A stretch of DNA of 64,000 bases from a virus. Taxonomy: Duplodnaviria; Caudoviricetes. A program made the translations under genes and the position numbers. The notes below the pieces were generated by a model. That model was not told where the DNA came from. It made no database searches and saw only the letters and a list, made by a program, of their open reading frames with translations. The stretch lies in the IMG/VR virus record IMGVR_UViG_3300021373_001027, positions 1,381 to 65,380 of that record. The stretch is one strand, 5' to 3'. Shown piece by piece: positions 1 to 9,674 of this stretch (position 1 is the first letter of the stretch; each line of letters begins with the position of its first letter).

Positions 1-1769
1 AACTTCTCTACAGTACCGCCTGCACCTTTAAGTATTTCCCTTGAACTAAGCCCACCTTCAGAAGCAGGCGATTGATAACCAGCACCGGAGTTTTTAAGTG
101 CTTGTACCCTTACGTTAACACTAGGGTCAGTAATAGTTGATCCCTCAAACGTAATATCGGGCAACATTCTCCACATAAAGGAAAACTGATCGCCGTCACC
201 AATATCCGTTTGTGCAGAAGTAATGTGAGACGAGATTGCAACGGCTGTAGCATCGGTTTTATCGTCGTAGCCCACTTCATGCTCAACAATCTTTTGACTG
301 TAAGTGGCGGCTAAGACTGCCGACTTGTCTTCCCATGCACTGCGTTCTAAGTTTCCGTGATACCACAGGTTTTCTGCATAGTTAAATATCACGTACTTAT
401 TAGGACGATCACTGTTTGCTGAAGGGTAGAACCACCAGACTTCACCAAACTCATCATTTGTCCCCGCAAATACCTGTTCAAGCTGAGAAATATTTATATC
501 GTTAAACACATAACGTAATAGCGAACAAGGAAGCGCTTTAACTTGACCAGAATACGCATAAAATTCATTAACTCCCATCCAGTAGGTAACACCGTCAGCG
601 TAAATAGCTGCATTTTTTGAAGCTATCGTTAGGTTATCGCCTACGATTTGAGAACCCCAAACAATAGGTGCGCCTAAATACTGTAAAGAATATAAAGAGG
701 TGTCTGTCCAAATTAAAAGTTCTTGCCGTGCTTGCACCGCACTGATGATGCGACTACCTCTAGACAACCGCAAGCTGCCTGCTTGATTAGTAGCACTAGG
801 TTGCCACTGCAAATAACTTTCTTGGTCTGACCAACGGACAAGAAGGGGGTCTTTTGTCGAACTAAAAACATCGTTAGTTCCCATACAGAACACGAATCGG
901 CTAACATCAGATACGAAAACTAAGTTTTGACTAAGTGGAACTTGATTGGCCCCCGGCAAGGTTTCGATTGACACCGCCCTAACGTTTACACCAGAAGACA
1001 AGTCCCAAAGAAACAATGACCCTTCAGAGGGAGACACTATTAAGTCTTCACCAAAGTTAAATAGCGACCATGTTCTAGCTCGCTGAAATAAAGTTTGATC
1101 TTCAGACTCTCCCCATCCTAAACCCCCTGAACCGCCCCAGACACCAGCACCCCATCCAGAAACAGGTTTACTTATGTCAGCTCCCGTTATTATTTGGTAA
1201 GCGGCTACGGTTAAGGCACCGCCCCCTCCTGAAACCGTAGAGTTAGCTAAAAGTGCAGTGCCGTTGCTGTCAGTGGCAGTAAAGGTATAAGTAGAGCCAT
1301 CTATGATTTCTGTTATTTGATACTCTTTGTTTAGTACCGCCGCTGTTATGTTACTGGCTCCCAATTGCACTGCGCCACTAAAAGTAACGAAATCGTTTTC
1401 CGCTGCGGTGTGAACTGCGTCGGTAACCGTTATAACAGAACTGCCGCTAGTGCAGCTAAATGTAGCATCGCCTGCTGCTGTCGTACTTCTAATGGGCGTT
1501 ATATCGTAAAAAGCGCCACCTAAATCGACATAGACTTTAGTGTTAGTGCCGTAGGCTTTAAATGCGACACCGGCTAGCGAGTTCCAAGAAAATATACTTC
1601 GACAAACACCATTATAGGTGGCGGTGCTTACGCTGCTCCATCCTCCTATTTTCTCAGGAAGCCCTTGTCTGAATCGGACTTTATCGCTGTCATACCAACC
1701 GCCTTCTGCGGCATACCGCGTAGTTTCTTTATTGACACCCGCTTTAAATTGTAGCTTCTGTAAAGCCAT
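1..1769 (-). CDS. Virion head-closure/nozzle protein (P22 gp10-like / tail tubular B-like), truncated by window start
   Basis: Not in ORF track (no stop inside window). ATG at 1769 overlaps the endolysin stop (TAATG). Reads MALQKLQFKAGVNKETTRYAAEGGWYDSDKVRFRQGLPEKIGGW...VRWSDQE...EVWWFYPS, open to position 1; typical of this phage structural family. Confidence 0.7.
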   Translation of the reverse strand, partial: MALQKLQFKAGVNKETTRYAAEGGWYDSDKVRFRQGLPEKIGGWSSVSTATYNGVCRSIFSWNSLAGVAFKAYGTNTKVYVDLGGAFYDITPIRSTTAAGDATFSCTSGSSVITVTDAVHTAAENDFVTFSGAVQLGASNITAAVLNKEYQITEIIDGSTYTFTATDSNGTALLANSTVSGGGGALTVAAYQIITGADISKPVSGWGAGVWGGSGGLGWGESEDQTLFQRARTWSLFNFGEDLIVSPSEGSLFLWDLSSGVNVRAVSIETLPGANQVPLSQNLVFVSDVSRFVFCMGTNDVFSSTKDPLLVRWSDQESYLQWQPSATNQAGSLRLSRGSRIISAVQARQELLIWTDTSLYSLQYLGAPIVWGSQIVGDNLTIASKNAAIYADGVTYWMGVNEFYAYSGQVKALPCSLLRYVFNDINISQLEQVFAGTNDEFGEVWWFYPSANSDRPNKYVIFNYAENLWYHGNLERSAWEDKSAVLAATYSQKIVEHEVGYDDKTDATAVAISSHITSAQTDIGDGDQFSFMWRMLPDITFEGSTITDPSVNVRVQALKNSGAGYQSPASEGGLSSREILKGAGGTVEK

Positions 1770-2125
1770 TAGTAGCTCCAAATACGAGGATAAGGTAAGT
1801 CCAAATCGTTATCTAAATGGATAAATCTACTTTTACCTTTTTGGTTAATGCCAATACGAGGAACGTTATGCTGTATTGCTACTTGTAGTAGACGAAATGC
1901 TTTTTGTCCAGAAACAGCTATGTCAACAGCTTTACCAGAGGCATGTGCGCCAACGTTTTCTTTGGCTACCTCAATGGGGTGGTCAGGGCATCTATAACCA
2001 GAACTAACGGGTAAAGCGAAACCGCAATCATGCCTAATGCCGTTGAGTATTCTTTTAAATTCTTCATCGAAAACCAGACCTCCGCAATGCTGGCATTTTA
2101 ACTCGTCGTCGCTAAAGTAATTCAT
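1769..2125 (-). CDS. Endolysin, peptidase M15 family
   Basis: SGYRCxxH, HxxGxAVD and FIHLD zinc-peptidase motifs; adjacent to holin. Confidence 0.85.
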   Translation of the reverse strand: MNYFSDDELKCQHCGGLVFDEEFKRILNGIRHDCGFALPVSSGYRCPDHPIEVAKENVGAHASGKAVDIAVSGQKAFRLLQVAIQHNVPRIGINQKGKSRFIHLDNDLDLPYPRIWSY

Positions 2126-2517
2126 TGCTTCATAATCTTAGCTATTTTCTCTCCACTGCGACCAACAACGTACCCACCAAGGCCGATTTCTAAAAGAAAC
2201 CAAGCTTCTTTGTTTAGTTCGTTTGGTAGCCAGCCCAGAGAATCGCCAACGACGAGGACTAGAAAGGTCAGCATTGTGATGGGTCGCCAGTTTGCCGTCA
2301 ACCAGTGTTTTGACGAAGCTTCAGCATGTACATTTTTGGCCCTACTTTCTAAGATTTCACGCTCATAGGTAAACGCTTGTTGCATCGCTGCGGCCTGTAC
2401 GTCTAGCAAGTTTCCTTTGGCTGTCAGTTTTTCCTCAGTGCTAGTGTGCAGGTTGTCAACTAGATCAGCGGCAGGTTTAAAAATCCCCGCGATTAAGTCC
2501 GTGACACCCAAGCTCAC
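2122..2517 (-). CDS. Holin (3TM/GTA holin-like)
   Basis: HWLTANWRP motif followed by hydrophobic segments and GGYVVGRSGEK end; next to endolysin. Confidence 0.75.
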   Translation of the reverse strand: MSLGVTDLIAGIFKPAADLVDNLHTSTEEKLTAKGNLLDVQAAAMQQAFTYEREILESRAKNVHAEASSKHWLTANWRPITMLTFLVLVVGDSLGWLPNELNKEAWFLLEIGLGGYVVGRSGEKIAKIMKQ

Positions 2518-2768
2518 TTATCGGCCTTTTTATCTAGTTTGTGGTCTATCGAATCTAACTTGTTGAAAATTCTATTAAATTCTTGACGTAGTTCTTCGCG
2601 AGTTGGGTAAACTTCAGCTACCCTAACTTCAAGTTCGTTAATTTTTTCTGAAAGTTTATCGTCTGTATTTTGCAAATCTCTAACGGCTTCCCAGATAGAC
2701 TTTAGAATCCATCCAAAGATGCCTCCACATAAACCCAGTAATAAATTTATAAAACTCTGAGATTCCAA
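2514..2768 (-). CDS. Small membrane-anchored coiled-coil protein of the lysis cassette
   Basis: N-terminal hydrophobic helix plus charged coiled coil; 4-nt overlap with holin. Confidence 0.6.
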   Translation of the reverse strand: MESQSFINLLLGLCGGIFGWILKSIWEAVRDLQNTDDKLSEKINELEVRVAEVYPTREELRQEFNRIFNKLDSIDHKLDKKADK

Positions 2769-2810
2769 AACATCGTCCTCAAAACTAATTAATAGATTTG
2801 CTCATTGTAC

Positions 2811-2987
2811 CTAATCGTCACTATCTAATCCAGACAAGGCGTACGTTTCTCCGCATTCAGCGCATTCTAGTACATGGACTCGCTCACCGTGTTCAGAAGT
2901 TTGCCAAGTAAAGATAGAGCTACCGCACTCACCACATGATCTATCGTAAGTGCTTGATTTGTCTGGAAAATCTATAATATTAACCAT
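2811..2987 (-). CDS. Small zinc-ribbon protein (58 aa, below ORF-track cutoff)
   Basis: MVNIIDFPDKSSTYDRSCGECGSSIFTW...LECAECGETYALSGLDSDD; two CxxC pairs; overlaps upstream gene end. Confidence 0.65.
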   Translation of the reverse strand: MVNIIDFPDKSSTYDRSCGECGSSIFTWQTSEHGERVHVLECAECGETYALSGLDSDD

Positions 2988-4149
2988 ATCTAGCCATCCT
3001 TATGTCACATCGGTATCTTGCTATCTCTCCGAAGTCCTTATGTAACACAATAGCATTCATATCTCTACCCGCTCGGTAGCCTTTACCTGCGTGCCACGCA
3101 TCTTTAGCGGCCAAAGTACGGAAACTCTCTACAGTGCAGCCTCGTAACTCCATCTTACGGGAGTTGTGGATATGACCGCAGTACCAATACCTATGCTCGG
3201 CAGCGCCCCATTCTTCGGGCTTATCTGTAGCCATCAAAGAACCTAAATCGGCGTGCTTTACAGTATCACCGTGAGTTACACCTATTAAGCTTTTACCAAA
3301 CGAAAAGTAGTGAAACTTAGACGTTGTAGGTTGTATGGTGACTCTAGACTCATTACTGAAATAAGCGTCCATAAACGCAGCCAACATCACACTAGAATGG
3401 TCATCGTGATTGCCGATAGCGTTAATTACTTCTACGTTAGCGTGCTTTTTCAGCGCTAACTTAACAACGTCAACCATTAGCATACACCCAAGCTTTAATA
3501 CTTTAGCCCATCGGGTGTCTACGTCTAAAGCGTGACCGCTGCGTGAGGTTGTATTAGACATATTATCGGCGTGGAAAAAGTCGCCTAAGTTAATGATTAA
3601 ACACTTACTAGCAGCAGGGGAAGCTTTGATTAGTTGATTAGCTGCCGAAAGCAAATCCGCTCTGGCAATATTTATATCGAAGTCTTCGCCAGATTCTTCT
3701 TTCCAAGCATACATACCAATGTGAGGGTCACCCATAGGTATAGCTACAACCACATCATCTGTCTGTTGCGTAGGTGCTTTGGTAGGCTTACATAAGCCTT
3801 TGTAATCATCCATCATTTCGTCAATGGCGTTTTTGATCGCTACTAACCGTTCTTCTTCGGCAAGCTTTGACTTAACCCATTGGCCGGTAGCTACGCCATC
3901 TTCGTTGTAATACGTTGACACCCCAGAGACTACAAACCCGTCTGGGACGGGTTTGGTCATATCATTACTGGGCGCGTAGCCTTGTTTTGCTGCCTTTTTA
4001 CGTATTGCTGCAAAAGTTGATCTTATTGTTCTTTCGCCAACGCCAAGCGCTCTTGCTCCCGCAACGATTGAACCGTTTGCCTCTGCTGCCTTCACAACCT
4101 TTAATTGATGTGGCGTGCAGTACGGATAAAGCTCTTTATAGTTAGTCAA
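2980..4149 (-). CDS. Calcineurin-like metallophosphoesterase with N-terminal HTH-like segment
   Basis: GDPH, GDFFH, GNHD, HGD and GHIH motifs in canonical order. Confidence 0.8.
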   Translation of the reverse strand: MTNYKELYPYCTPHQLKVVKAAEANGSIVAGARALGVGERTIRSTFAAIRKKAAKQGYAPSNDMTKPVPDGFVVSGVSTYYNEDGVATGQWVKSKLAEEERLVAIKNAIDEMMDDYKGLCKPTKAPTQQTDDVVVAIPMGDPHIGMYAWKEESGEDFDINIARADLLSAANQLIKASPAASKCLIINLGDFFHADNMSNTTSRSGHALDVDTRWAKVLKLGCMLMVDVVKLALKKHANVEVINAIGNHDDHSSVMLAAFMDAYFSNESRVTIQPTTSKFHYFSFGKSLIGVTHGDTVKHADLGSLMATDKPEEWGAAEHRYWYCGHIHNSRKMELRGCTVESFRTLAAKDAWHAGKGYRAGRDMNAIVLHKDFGEIARYRCDIRMARYG

Positions 4150-4166
4150 ACCTACTCCCTATACTT

Positions 4167-4523
4167 TTATTTTCGTCTTAACGTTTGGCTAGCTCTGTAT
4201 ATGTCAGCACGATACGCTTCATAACAGTGGTCGTGCTGCCAGAAAAAGACTATGTTAATTAAGGTACGCATCAGCGCCCAAGGCCAGCTAACTTTACGGG
4301 TTCTGTACGCCCTGCCGCTAAGGGACTCGTTGGGGTTATCGCTTAGAAACACAACCACATTAATTAGCTGTGACAGCGCATCGCCCACACGAACGATGTA
4401 ATTAAAGAGTGACTGCAAGCTTGAAAAGGTCATCAAGCTGATCCTCCGTAAGCCCAAGTGCTGCCCCCAGCGTAGCGACAAGAGCCGATGGGCGATCAAC
4501 CGTAGTTGCATATTCCCATTCAA
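4167..4523 (-). CDS. Conserved small phage protein (true start probably near 4410-4435)
   Basis: DALSQLINVV...NESLSGRAYR...FFWQHDHC pattern common after tail-fibre genes; 5' part overlaps the neighbouring gene. Confidence 0.55.
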   Translation of the reverse strand: MNGNMQLRLIAHRLLSLRWGQHLGLRRISLMTFSSLQSLFNYIVRVGDALSQLINVVVFLSDNPNESLSGRAYRTRKVSWPWALMRTLINIVFFWQHDHCYEAYRADIYRASQTLRRK

Positions 4524-5010
4524 TTTGTGCTTCTTCTGGCAAAGAGTCTATGTTTGATTGCACTGTTGCCAACAGCCCCTGCTGCTTCAAAGCTAGTCGT
4601 GCTTGGCGCATGGACGTAGAAGTTGTTGCTCTAAAAATGCCAACATCAAAATCTAGCTCTGCTTGTGTTTTAGGACGAATACTCCAGCCATAAGTGATGG
4701 AATCGTCGGTTTCTACTACTGTTTTCTCTAATGTTTCCGTAGTGTCGTCAAACTGAGGTTGAGGTGTCGTAATAATTGTTTTCAAAGAACCAGATAAACC
4801 AGAAATATCTACTGAACCCGGCAGCGAATTTGTAGAGTTCCAATGGTTTTGAGCTTCCACCTGACCAGAACTAACTAGCTGCATAATGTTGTCGTTGGAA
4901 AAATCAGTAGTCCGAAAGTTTTTGTAGTAGTCAAGCTCCCCGTCTTTAGAATACTTGACTTGAATAAACTTTCCTTTAGGTTCTGCTTTAGTAACTTCGT
5001 ATGAAATCAT
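4402..5010 (-). CDS. Tail-fibre-associated protein (assembly chaperone-like)
   Basis: C-terminal SMRQARLAL...IEWEYA...LGLTEDQLDDLF pattern; position after fibre and adhesin. Confidence 0.6.
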   Translation of the reverse strand: MISYEVTKAEPKGKFIQVKYSKDGELDYYKNFRTTDFSNDNIMQLVSSGQVEAQNHWNSTNSLPGSVDISGLSGSLKTIITTPQPQFDDTTETLEKTVVETDDSITYGWSIRPKTQAELDFDVGIFRATTSTSMRQARLALKQQGLLATVQSNIDSLPEEAQIEWEYATTVDRPSALVATLGAALGLTEDQLDDLFKLAVTL

Positions 5011-5023
5011 TTTCTTGCCTCAA

Positions 5024-6094
5024 TTATGGCTTTATGTATTGAGTTTCGTCAGTGTGGTTTGGAACTCCCGAATTGTTATATAACCAGCTTGAAACATTTG
5101 CCATTTCAGTTGTAGATATTTGGCGATCTACGTATAAAAAACCCTGACATAGAGAATGTTGGTTACAGGTTCCAAAGGTTCCCCCTAACGTACTAATTTC
5201 TTCTGAATTAAGATGGTGTAACGCCCAAGCTGTTGGCGTTATAATATTAGCTGAACCCGTAGTAGCGTTTACAACACTTCCTCCGTTATTAGAATAATGA
5301 ACGTCATACAAGCCGTTTAATGTATCGGCTCTCATCATAGTAAGTGTTGAGCGTCCGGTAGTCCTTGTGTTTAGTATGTTGTTTTTGTCTGAATAGTTGC
5401 CGTTGAAAGCTCTACCCCTATTTACGTCTGTTGCGTTAAATTCAAAACTAAACATTCGGTTCCTATCATTTGAGCTAGTAGTGCCGCCAAAGTTAAGGCC
5501 GTCCCACCCTAAAGCAAGTCCATTGTGATCTTCAAATCTATTGGTGGCAGAAGTGTCGTTTGTGTTTCTACAGTAAATTCGGTACTCTAAAATGGTAACA
5601 ACCCTAGTACTGGCGCTAATTCCTGTTGGCGTATAACTCCAACCACCCGAATTACTTGTCAAGTTATACCCAGTAGTACTTTCACTGGGGTGTGTCCAAG
5701 AGCCTTTTCTTTTCCAGCCGGGGATGTGGTGGTAGGTATTGTTTGGTGAGCTTTGTCCAGAAGCGACCAAAGCATCCATATCTGATTGAGTAGACTCCCG
5801 CATATTGTTAAAGGTGTGTAAAGCCTCAGACCCTAAAACAGTATTAGTTCCTGTGTTTAGCGTTTGAAACCCATACAGAAACGAATCACCAGTATCGCTT
5901 GCGCCAATCAAACCAGCAAATTCATTATACGATGCCCCATAATAATCACTTATGCTAACTTGCGTCCCCACAGTAGAGCTAATTAGCGCCCTAACATCAG
6001 TGTCGTTTAGACTAACCTGTGTTCCAGTTGTACCCAATATCTCAACGTGAATATCGTCTAAGCTTAAAGGCACACCGGCATTAGGTAAGGCCAT
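5024..6094 (-). CDS. Putative receptor-binding adhesin (fibre-tip protein)
   Basis: N-terminus MALP..G.PLSLDDIHVE...ISDYYG typical of adhesins following S74 fibres; TAATG coupling to fibre gene. Confidence 0.55.
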   Translation of the reverse strand: MALPNAGVPLSLDDIHVEILGTTGTQVSLNDTDVRALISSTVGTQVSISDYYGASYNEFAGLIGASDTGDSFLYGFQTLNTGTNTVLGSEALHTFNNMRESTQSDMDALVASGQSSPNNTYHHIPGWKRKGSWTHPSESTTGYNLTSNSGGWSYTPTGISASTRVVTILEYRIYCRNTNDTSATNRFEDHNGLALGWDGLNFGGTTSSNDRNRMFSFEFNATDVNRGRAFNGNYSDKNNILNTRTTGRSTLTMMRADTLNGLYDVHYSNNGGSVVNATTGSANIITPTAWALHHLNSEEISTLGGTFGTCNQHSLCQGFLYVDRQISTTEMANVSSWLYNNSGVPNHTDETQYIKP

Positions 6095-8904
6095 TACTTG
6101 CTCTCCTTAAGTGCCTTAACCTCTGCACTCAATTCTTTAACCGCTTCGATCAATACAGCGACCATTTTGGCATAGTCTACCGTCAAATGCGTTTCATCTT
6201 CAGCGCCAAAAGTTTCTGTCTCTCTGACAAGCTCGGGCAATACAGATTTTACCTCTTGCGCTATCAGCCCAATATCTTTTTTGCCACTCAACTTGCTCTG
6301 GTCATTCCAAGTAAAACTTACGCCGCGTAAAGACTGCACTGTTTCTAATGAGCCTTTTAGCGTATTAACTTCGTTTTTAAACTTGGCATCTGAGGTAAAA
6401 GCCGCTGTATATGCAGTGATGTTTCCGTCTACGTCCCAAGACGCCTCATTAGAGCCTGTTCCCGTAAGTCTTGCGCCCTCATCGCCATTTACATAAAGAC
6501 GATGGTAAGCCGTAGCGCCATCTTGATAGCGCACATAAGTGTCGGCACCGCCAGCGTAGATACTAAGTCCTGAACCAAGTCGCTGATCGCTTGCCAATCC
6601 TACGGTGTCAGAAGCTACCGATATACCCGTACCCGCTCCTACGTTAAAGGTTCGGTTAGTTGTTAAATTACCTCCACCTGTAAGGCCGTTACCTGCGGCT
6701 AAGTCTATCGTGTTTAAAGCATGACGCCCATCAATATCTACAGTAGCCCCTGCGTTACCTACACCTGTAAGACTTATAACACCCGTAGTAGTGTTAAAGG
6801 AAGCGCCGTTTATATAGTCAACGCTATTGGTATTAGTGTCAGTTGAACTTATTGTAAAGATATTACCTGAACGGGAAATAGTCGTAGCGCCACCTTCTTG
6901 GAAGGTTACAGTTTCTCCCGCTGATATGTTTGTTGTAGTACCTGAGTTAGCCTTTACATTGAAGTCCGTAGTGTTAGTGTCTGTTTGCACATACCTATTA
7001 TCTAGGTTAACACTAGCCCCTGCGTTACCTACACCTGTAAGCGATAGCAAACCCGTAGTAGTGTTAAAAGAAGCGCCATTTATGTAGTCAATGGCATTCG
7101 GTGCACTTATAAGGTAGCGATCATCTAAGTTAACAACTACGTCACTAAGGCTACTGGTTCCCCCACGAGTAAGTGTTAGATTGCCGTTTGTATCGTCAAA
7201 CGTAGCACTTGTAACGTATTGGTTAGTATCGGTAGAAGCGTAACGACCATCAAGGTTTACTGTTAAGTCAGCTAACGCACCTGTTCGGCCTAAAGTAAGA
7301 ACGCCTGTACCCGTATTAAAAGCTACGGTGTCAGTATAGTCATTAGTGTCACTGTAAGACGAAATTGGTAAATACCTTCCGTCCATGCTAAAAACAATAT
7401 TACTTAAAGAGCTAGTACCTGTTCGGCCTAGTGTTACGTTTCCATCAGTCGAATTAAAGGAAGCGCTGCTTACGTAGTCGTTGGTGTCTGCGCCAACGCT
7501 AGTTAGGTAACGATTGTCTAGGTTAACCGTAGCACCCGCACCACCAGTACCAGTAAGCGTAAGATCACCAGTAGACGTATTAAAACTACCGCCGGTTACA
7601 AAATCATTGTCGTTGGCATCGTTGGCTATTAACAAATACCGCCCGTCAAGGCTTTGCGTCAAGTTGGCAAGTGCGCCAGTACGACCTAACGTTAGGTCAC
7701 CCGTAGTTGAATTGAATGCCACGGAATTAACGTAATCGTTAGTATCAGTGTTGGTGTCAGTGGAGCTTATTGTAAACGTATTACCAACACGGCTAATCGA
7801 CGTAGCTCCTGCTTCTTCAAACTCCAGAACATCGTTAGCATTAATGGTCGTGCCTGTTCCTTCACTTGCAACTTTTGCTTGAAAGTCAGTGGTGTTGACG
7901 TTTTGATCCGCATATATAGTTACTGTGCCATTGGTTTGCGTGACAACGGCACTACCGGAGGTGTTGAAGCGAATTTCATCACCCGCATCAATTTGAAAAC
8001 CAGAATCAAGGTTAGTTGCTAACAGAAAATCAGTAGTATTGGTGTCAGTCTGCGAGTATCTTCCGTCTAGGTTTGTAACTACCGTCCCTGCATCTTGTTG
8101 AGTTAGGGTAAGGTCACCATTAACAAAGCTAGATGAAGTTATTGTGTTGTTATATGCTGCATCCCAATTAGCATTGTTGTAACCGGTTTTAGGCGTTGTA
8201 CCGTTAAAGAAGTCATCAATCTGAGACTCAGTAAAGTACCTGTCATCGTGATTGTGGCTATTGTTTGTTACTTGCAGATTGTCATAAGTACCTGAAACGT
8301 CACCGCCAAAAGCAGTAGCTGTGGTTAAAGCAGAAGCTGCAAGTTGAAAAGAACTAGCTTCTAGGCCGTCAACGGTGTCGGCATCTAGTCCGTTACCAGT
8401 CCCCTCATCAGCCACAGTCAAAGCGCGGTTACCCGCCACTGTTAAGGCAGTCACATCAAGACTTTGGTTTACATCAGATACGTTTGAGGTGTTACCTGTG
8501 CCGTTAAACCTAACGACGGCATTACTTCCGTTACGCAAAGTGTAAACAGCGCCTTGCCCATAAACGCCTTGAAAAAGAATAATGTCTTGAGTAGTAAGGT
8601 TGTTTTTAAAGTGAGCGACTTTTTCTACCGAAGCGGGAGTAAGCTGCACATAAACGACACTACCTAAATCCCCCGCGTCAGTGAACTCTATATAAGCGTT
8701 GCGGCCATCCGAAATAGTGTCGTCTTGAATAGGAAGTTCATTTGGTGAGCCTTGAGAACCTGTATCTGTTAAAGTCTTTACCAGTACACCCGACACGGCT
8801 TGATCAATTAAGTCCATGTTGGTATTAACGGTCTGCCCCCATACGCCTGATTGGGAACCGTCAGCAGGTTTCTGAATACCTAAATTAGTTGTATTGGTAG
8901 TCAT
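6094..8904 (-). CDS. Tail fibre with C-terminal peptidase S74 intramolecular chaperone
   Basis: SDAKFKNEV...GLIAQEV...VDYAKM...LIEAVKEL chaperone; repeated YV.S..FN..TG.LTL...LD.RY units. Confidence 0.85.
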   Translation of the reverse strand: MTTNTTNLGIQKPADGSQSGVWGQTVNTNMDLIDQAVSGVLVKTLTDTGSQGSPNELPIQDDTISDGRNAYIEFTDAGDLGSVVYVQLTPASVEKVAHFKNNLTTQDIILFQGVYGQGAVYTLRNGSNAVVRFNGTGNTSNVSDVNQSLDVTALTVAGNRALTVADEGTGNGLDADTVDGLEASSFQLAASALTTATAFGGDVSGTYDNLQVTNNSHNHDDRYFTESQIDDFFNGTTPKTGYNNANWDAAYNNTITSSSFVNGDLTLTQQDAGTVVTNLDGRYSQTDTNTTDFLLATNLDSGFQIDAGDEIRFNTSGSAVVTQTNGTVTIYADQNVNTTDFQAKVASEGTGTTINANDVLEFEEAGATSISRVGNTFTISSTDTNTDTNDYVNSVAFNSTTGDLTLGRTGALANLTQSLDGRYLLIANDANDNDFVTGGSFNTSTGDLTLTGTGGAGATVNLDNRYLTSVGADTNDYVSSASFNSTDGNVTLGRTGTSSLSNIVFSMDGRYLPISSYSDTNDYTDTVAFNTGTGVLTLGRTGALADLTVNLDGRYASTDTNQYVTSATFDDTNGNLTLTRGGTSSLSDVVVNLDDRYLISAPNAIDYINGASFNTTTGLLSLTGVGNAGASVNLDNRYVQTDTNTTDFNVKANSGTTTNISAGETVTFQEGGATTISRSGNIFTISSTDTNTNSVDYINGASFNTTTGVISLTGVGNAGATVDIDGRHALNTIDLAAGNGLTGGGNLTTNRTFNVGAGTGISVASDTVGLASDQRLGSGLSIYAGGADTYVRYQDGATAYHRLYVNGDEGARLTGTGSNEASWDVDGNITAYTAAFTSDAKFKNEVNTLKGSLETVQSLRGVSFTWNDQSKLSGKKDIGLIAQEVKSVLPELVRETETFGAEDETHLTVDYAKMVAVLIEAVKELSAEVKALKESK

Positions 8905-8915
8905 TTATAACTCCA

Positions 8916-9674
8916 TCAATCCTTATCAACATCACTGTATTGTGCACTTTGGCTTGAAAAAGCTTCAGCCCAGACCCCGCCCTGTGCGTCATTTACTTGG
9001 GAGTAGTTAGCAGAATTTGATTCTAGTATACTATGCCAAGCTCCATTTTGCTCCTGATTTACAACTGAATAGCTACTTGATTGACCCTGTATAACACTCT
9101 GCCACGTAGATGAAGGGGGTAATATTGGAGTAAAACTACCTGTTTGACTTGTGTTTTTTAGCGCCCATTCCGCTGTTTGATTATCAAAAACAGCACTGTA
9201 AACAGAGCCTTGATTAGCTAATTCTTCAGCCCACGCTGCTATCTGCGAGTCATCAACTTCGGTAAAAGACCCTAATTGGTCATCCAACACCGCTGTCCAG
9301 AAGTCCACGCTGCCTATTGAGGGGACAAGGGTGAAACCAGTAGTAGATGTTAATGAATTAGCTGAAAGGTTGTAATTACCAATAATTATGTTTGCTACTA
9401 TACTGTTAATAGTAACATCAACCTCACCAATGATAGAAACATTTTCTAGTGATAAAGTAAGTTGCTGTCCGGTGACAATAGACCGCGATTCTGCGAATGC
9501 ACTTTCATCGCCCAAAGTTAGGGTTAAGGTTTGCCCAACTAGAGTGCTTTTACTATTAGCGGCAACAAGGGTTGAGTTTAAGAATAAAGAGGCATCAACT
9601 CCAGAAAGAAAGGCACGCCCAGTTCCATCTAGACTTGAAAGCGGGTCAAACGAAAATGGCGAAGTGCCTAACAT
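8916..9674 (-). CDS. Virion structural protein (tail-associated)
   Basis: Between two fibre genes; S/T/V-rich beta character with C-terminal W/Y-spaced repeats. Confidence 0.55.
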   Translation of the reverse strand: MLGTSPFSFDPLSSLDGTGRAFLSGVDASLFLNSTLVAANSKSTLVGQTLTLTLGDESAFAESRSIVTGQQLTLSLENVSIIGEVDVTINSIVANIIIGNYNLSANSLTSTTGFTLVPSIGSVDFWTAVLDDQLGSFTEVDDSQIAAWAEELANQGSVYSAVFDNQTAEWALKNTSQTGSFTPILPPSSTWQSVIQGQSSSYSVVNQEQNGAWHSILESNSANYSQVNDAQGGVWAEAFSSQSAQYSDVDKD

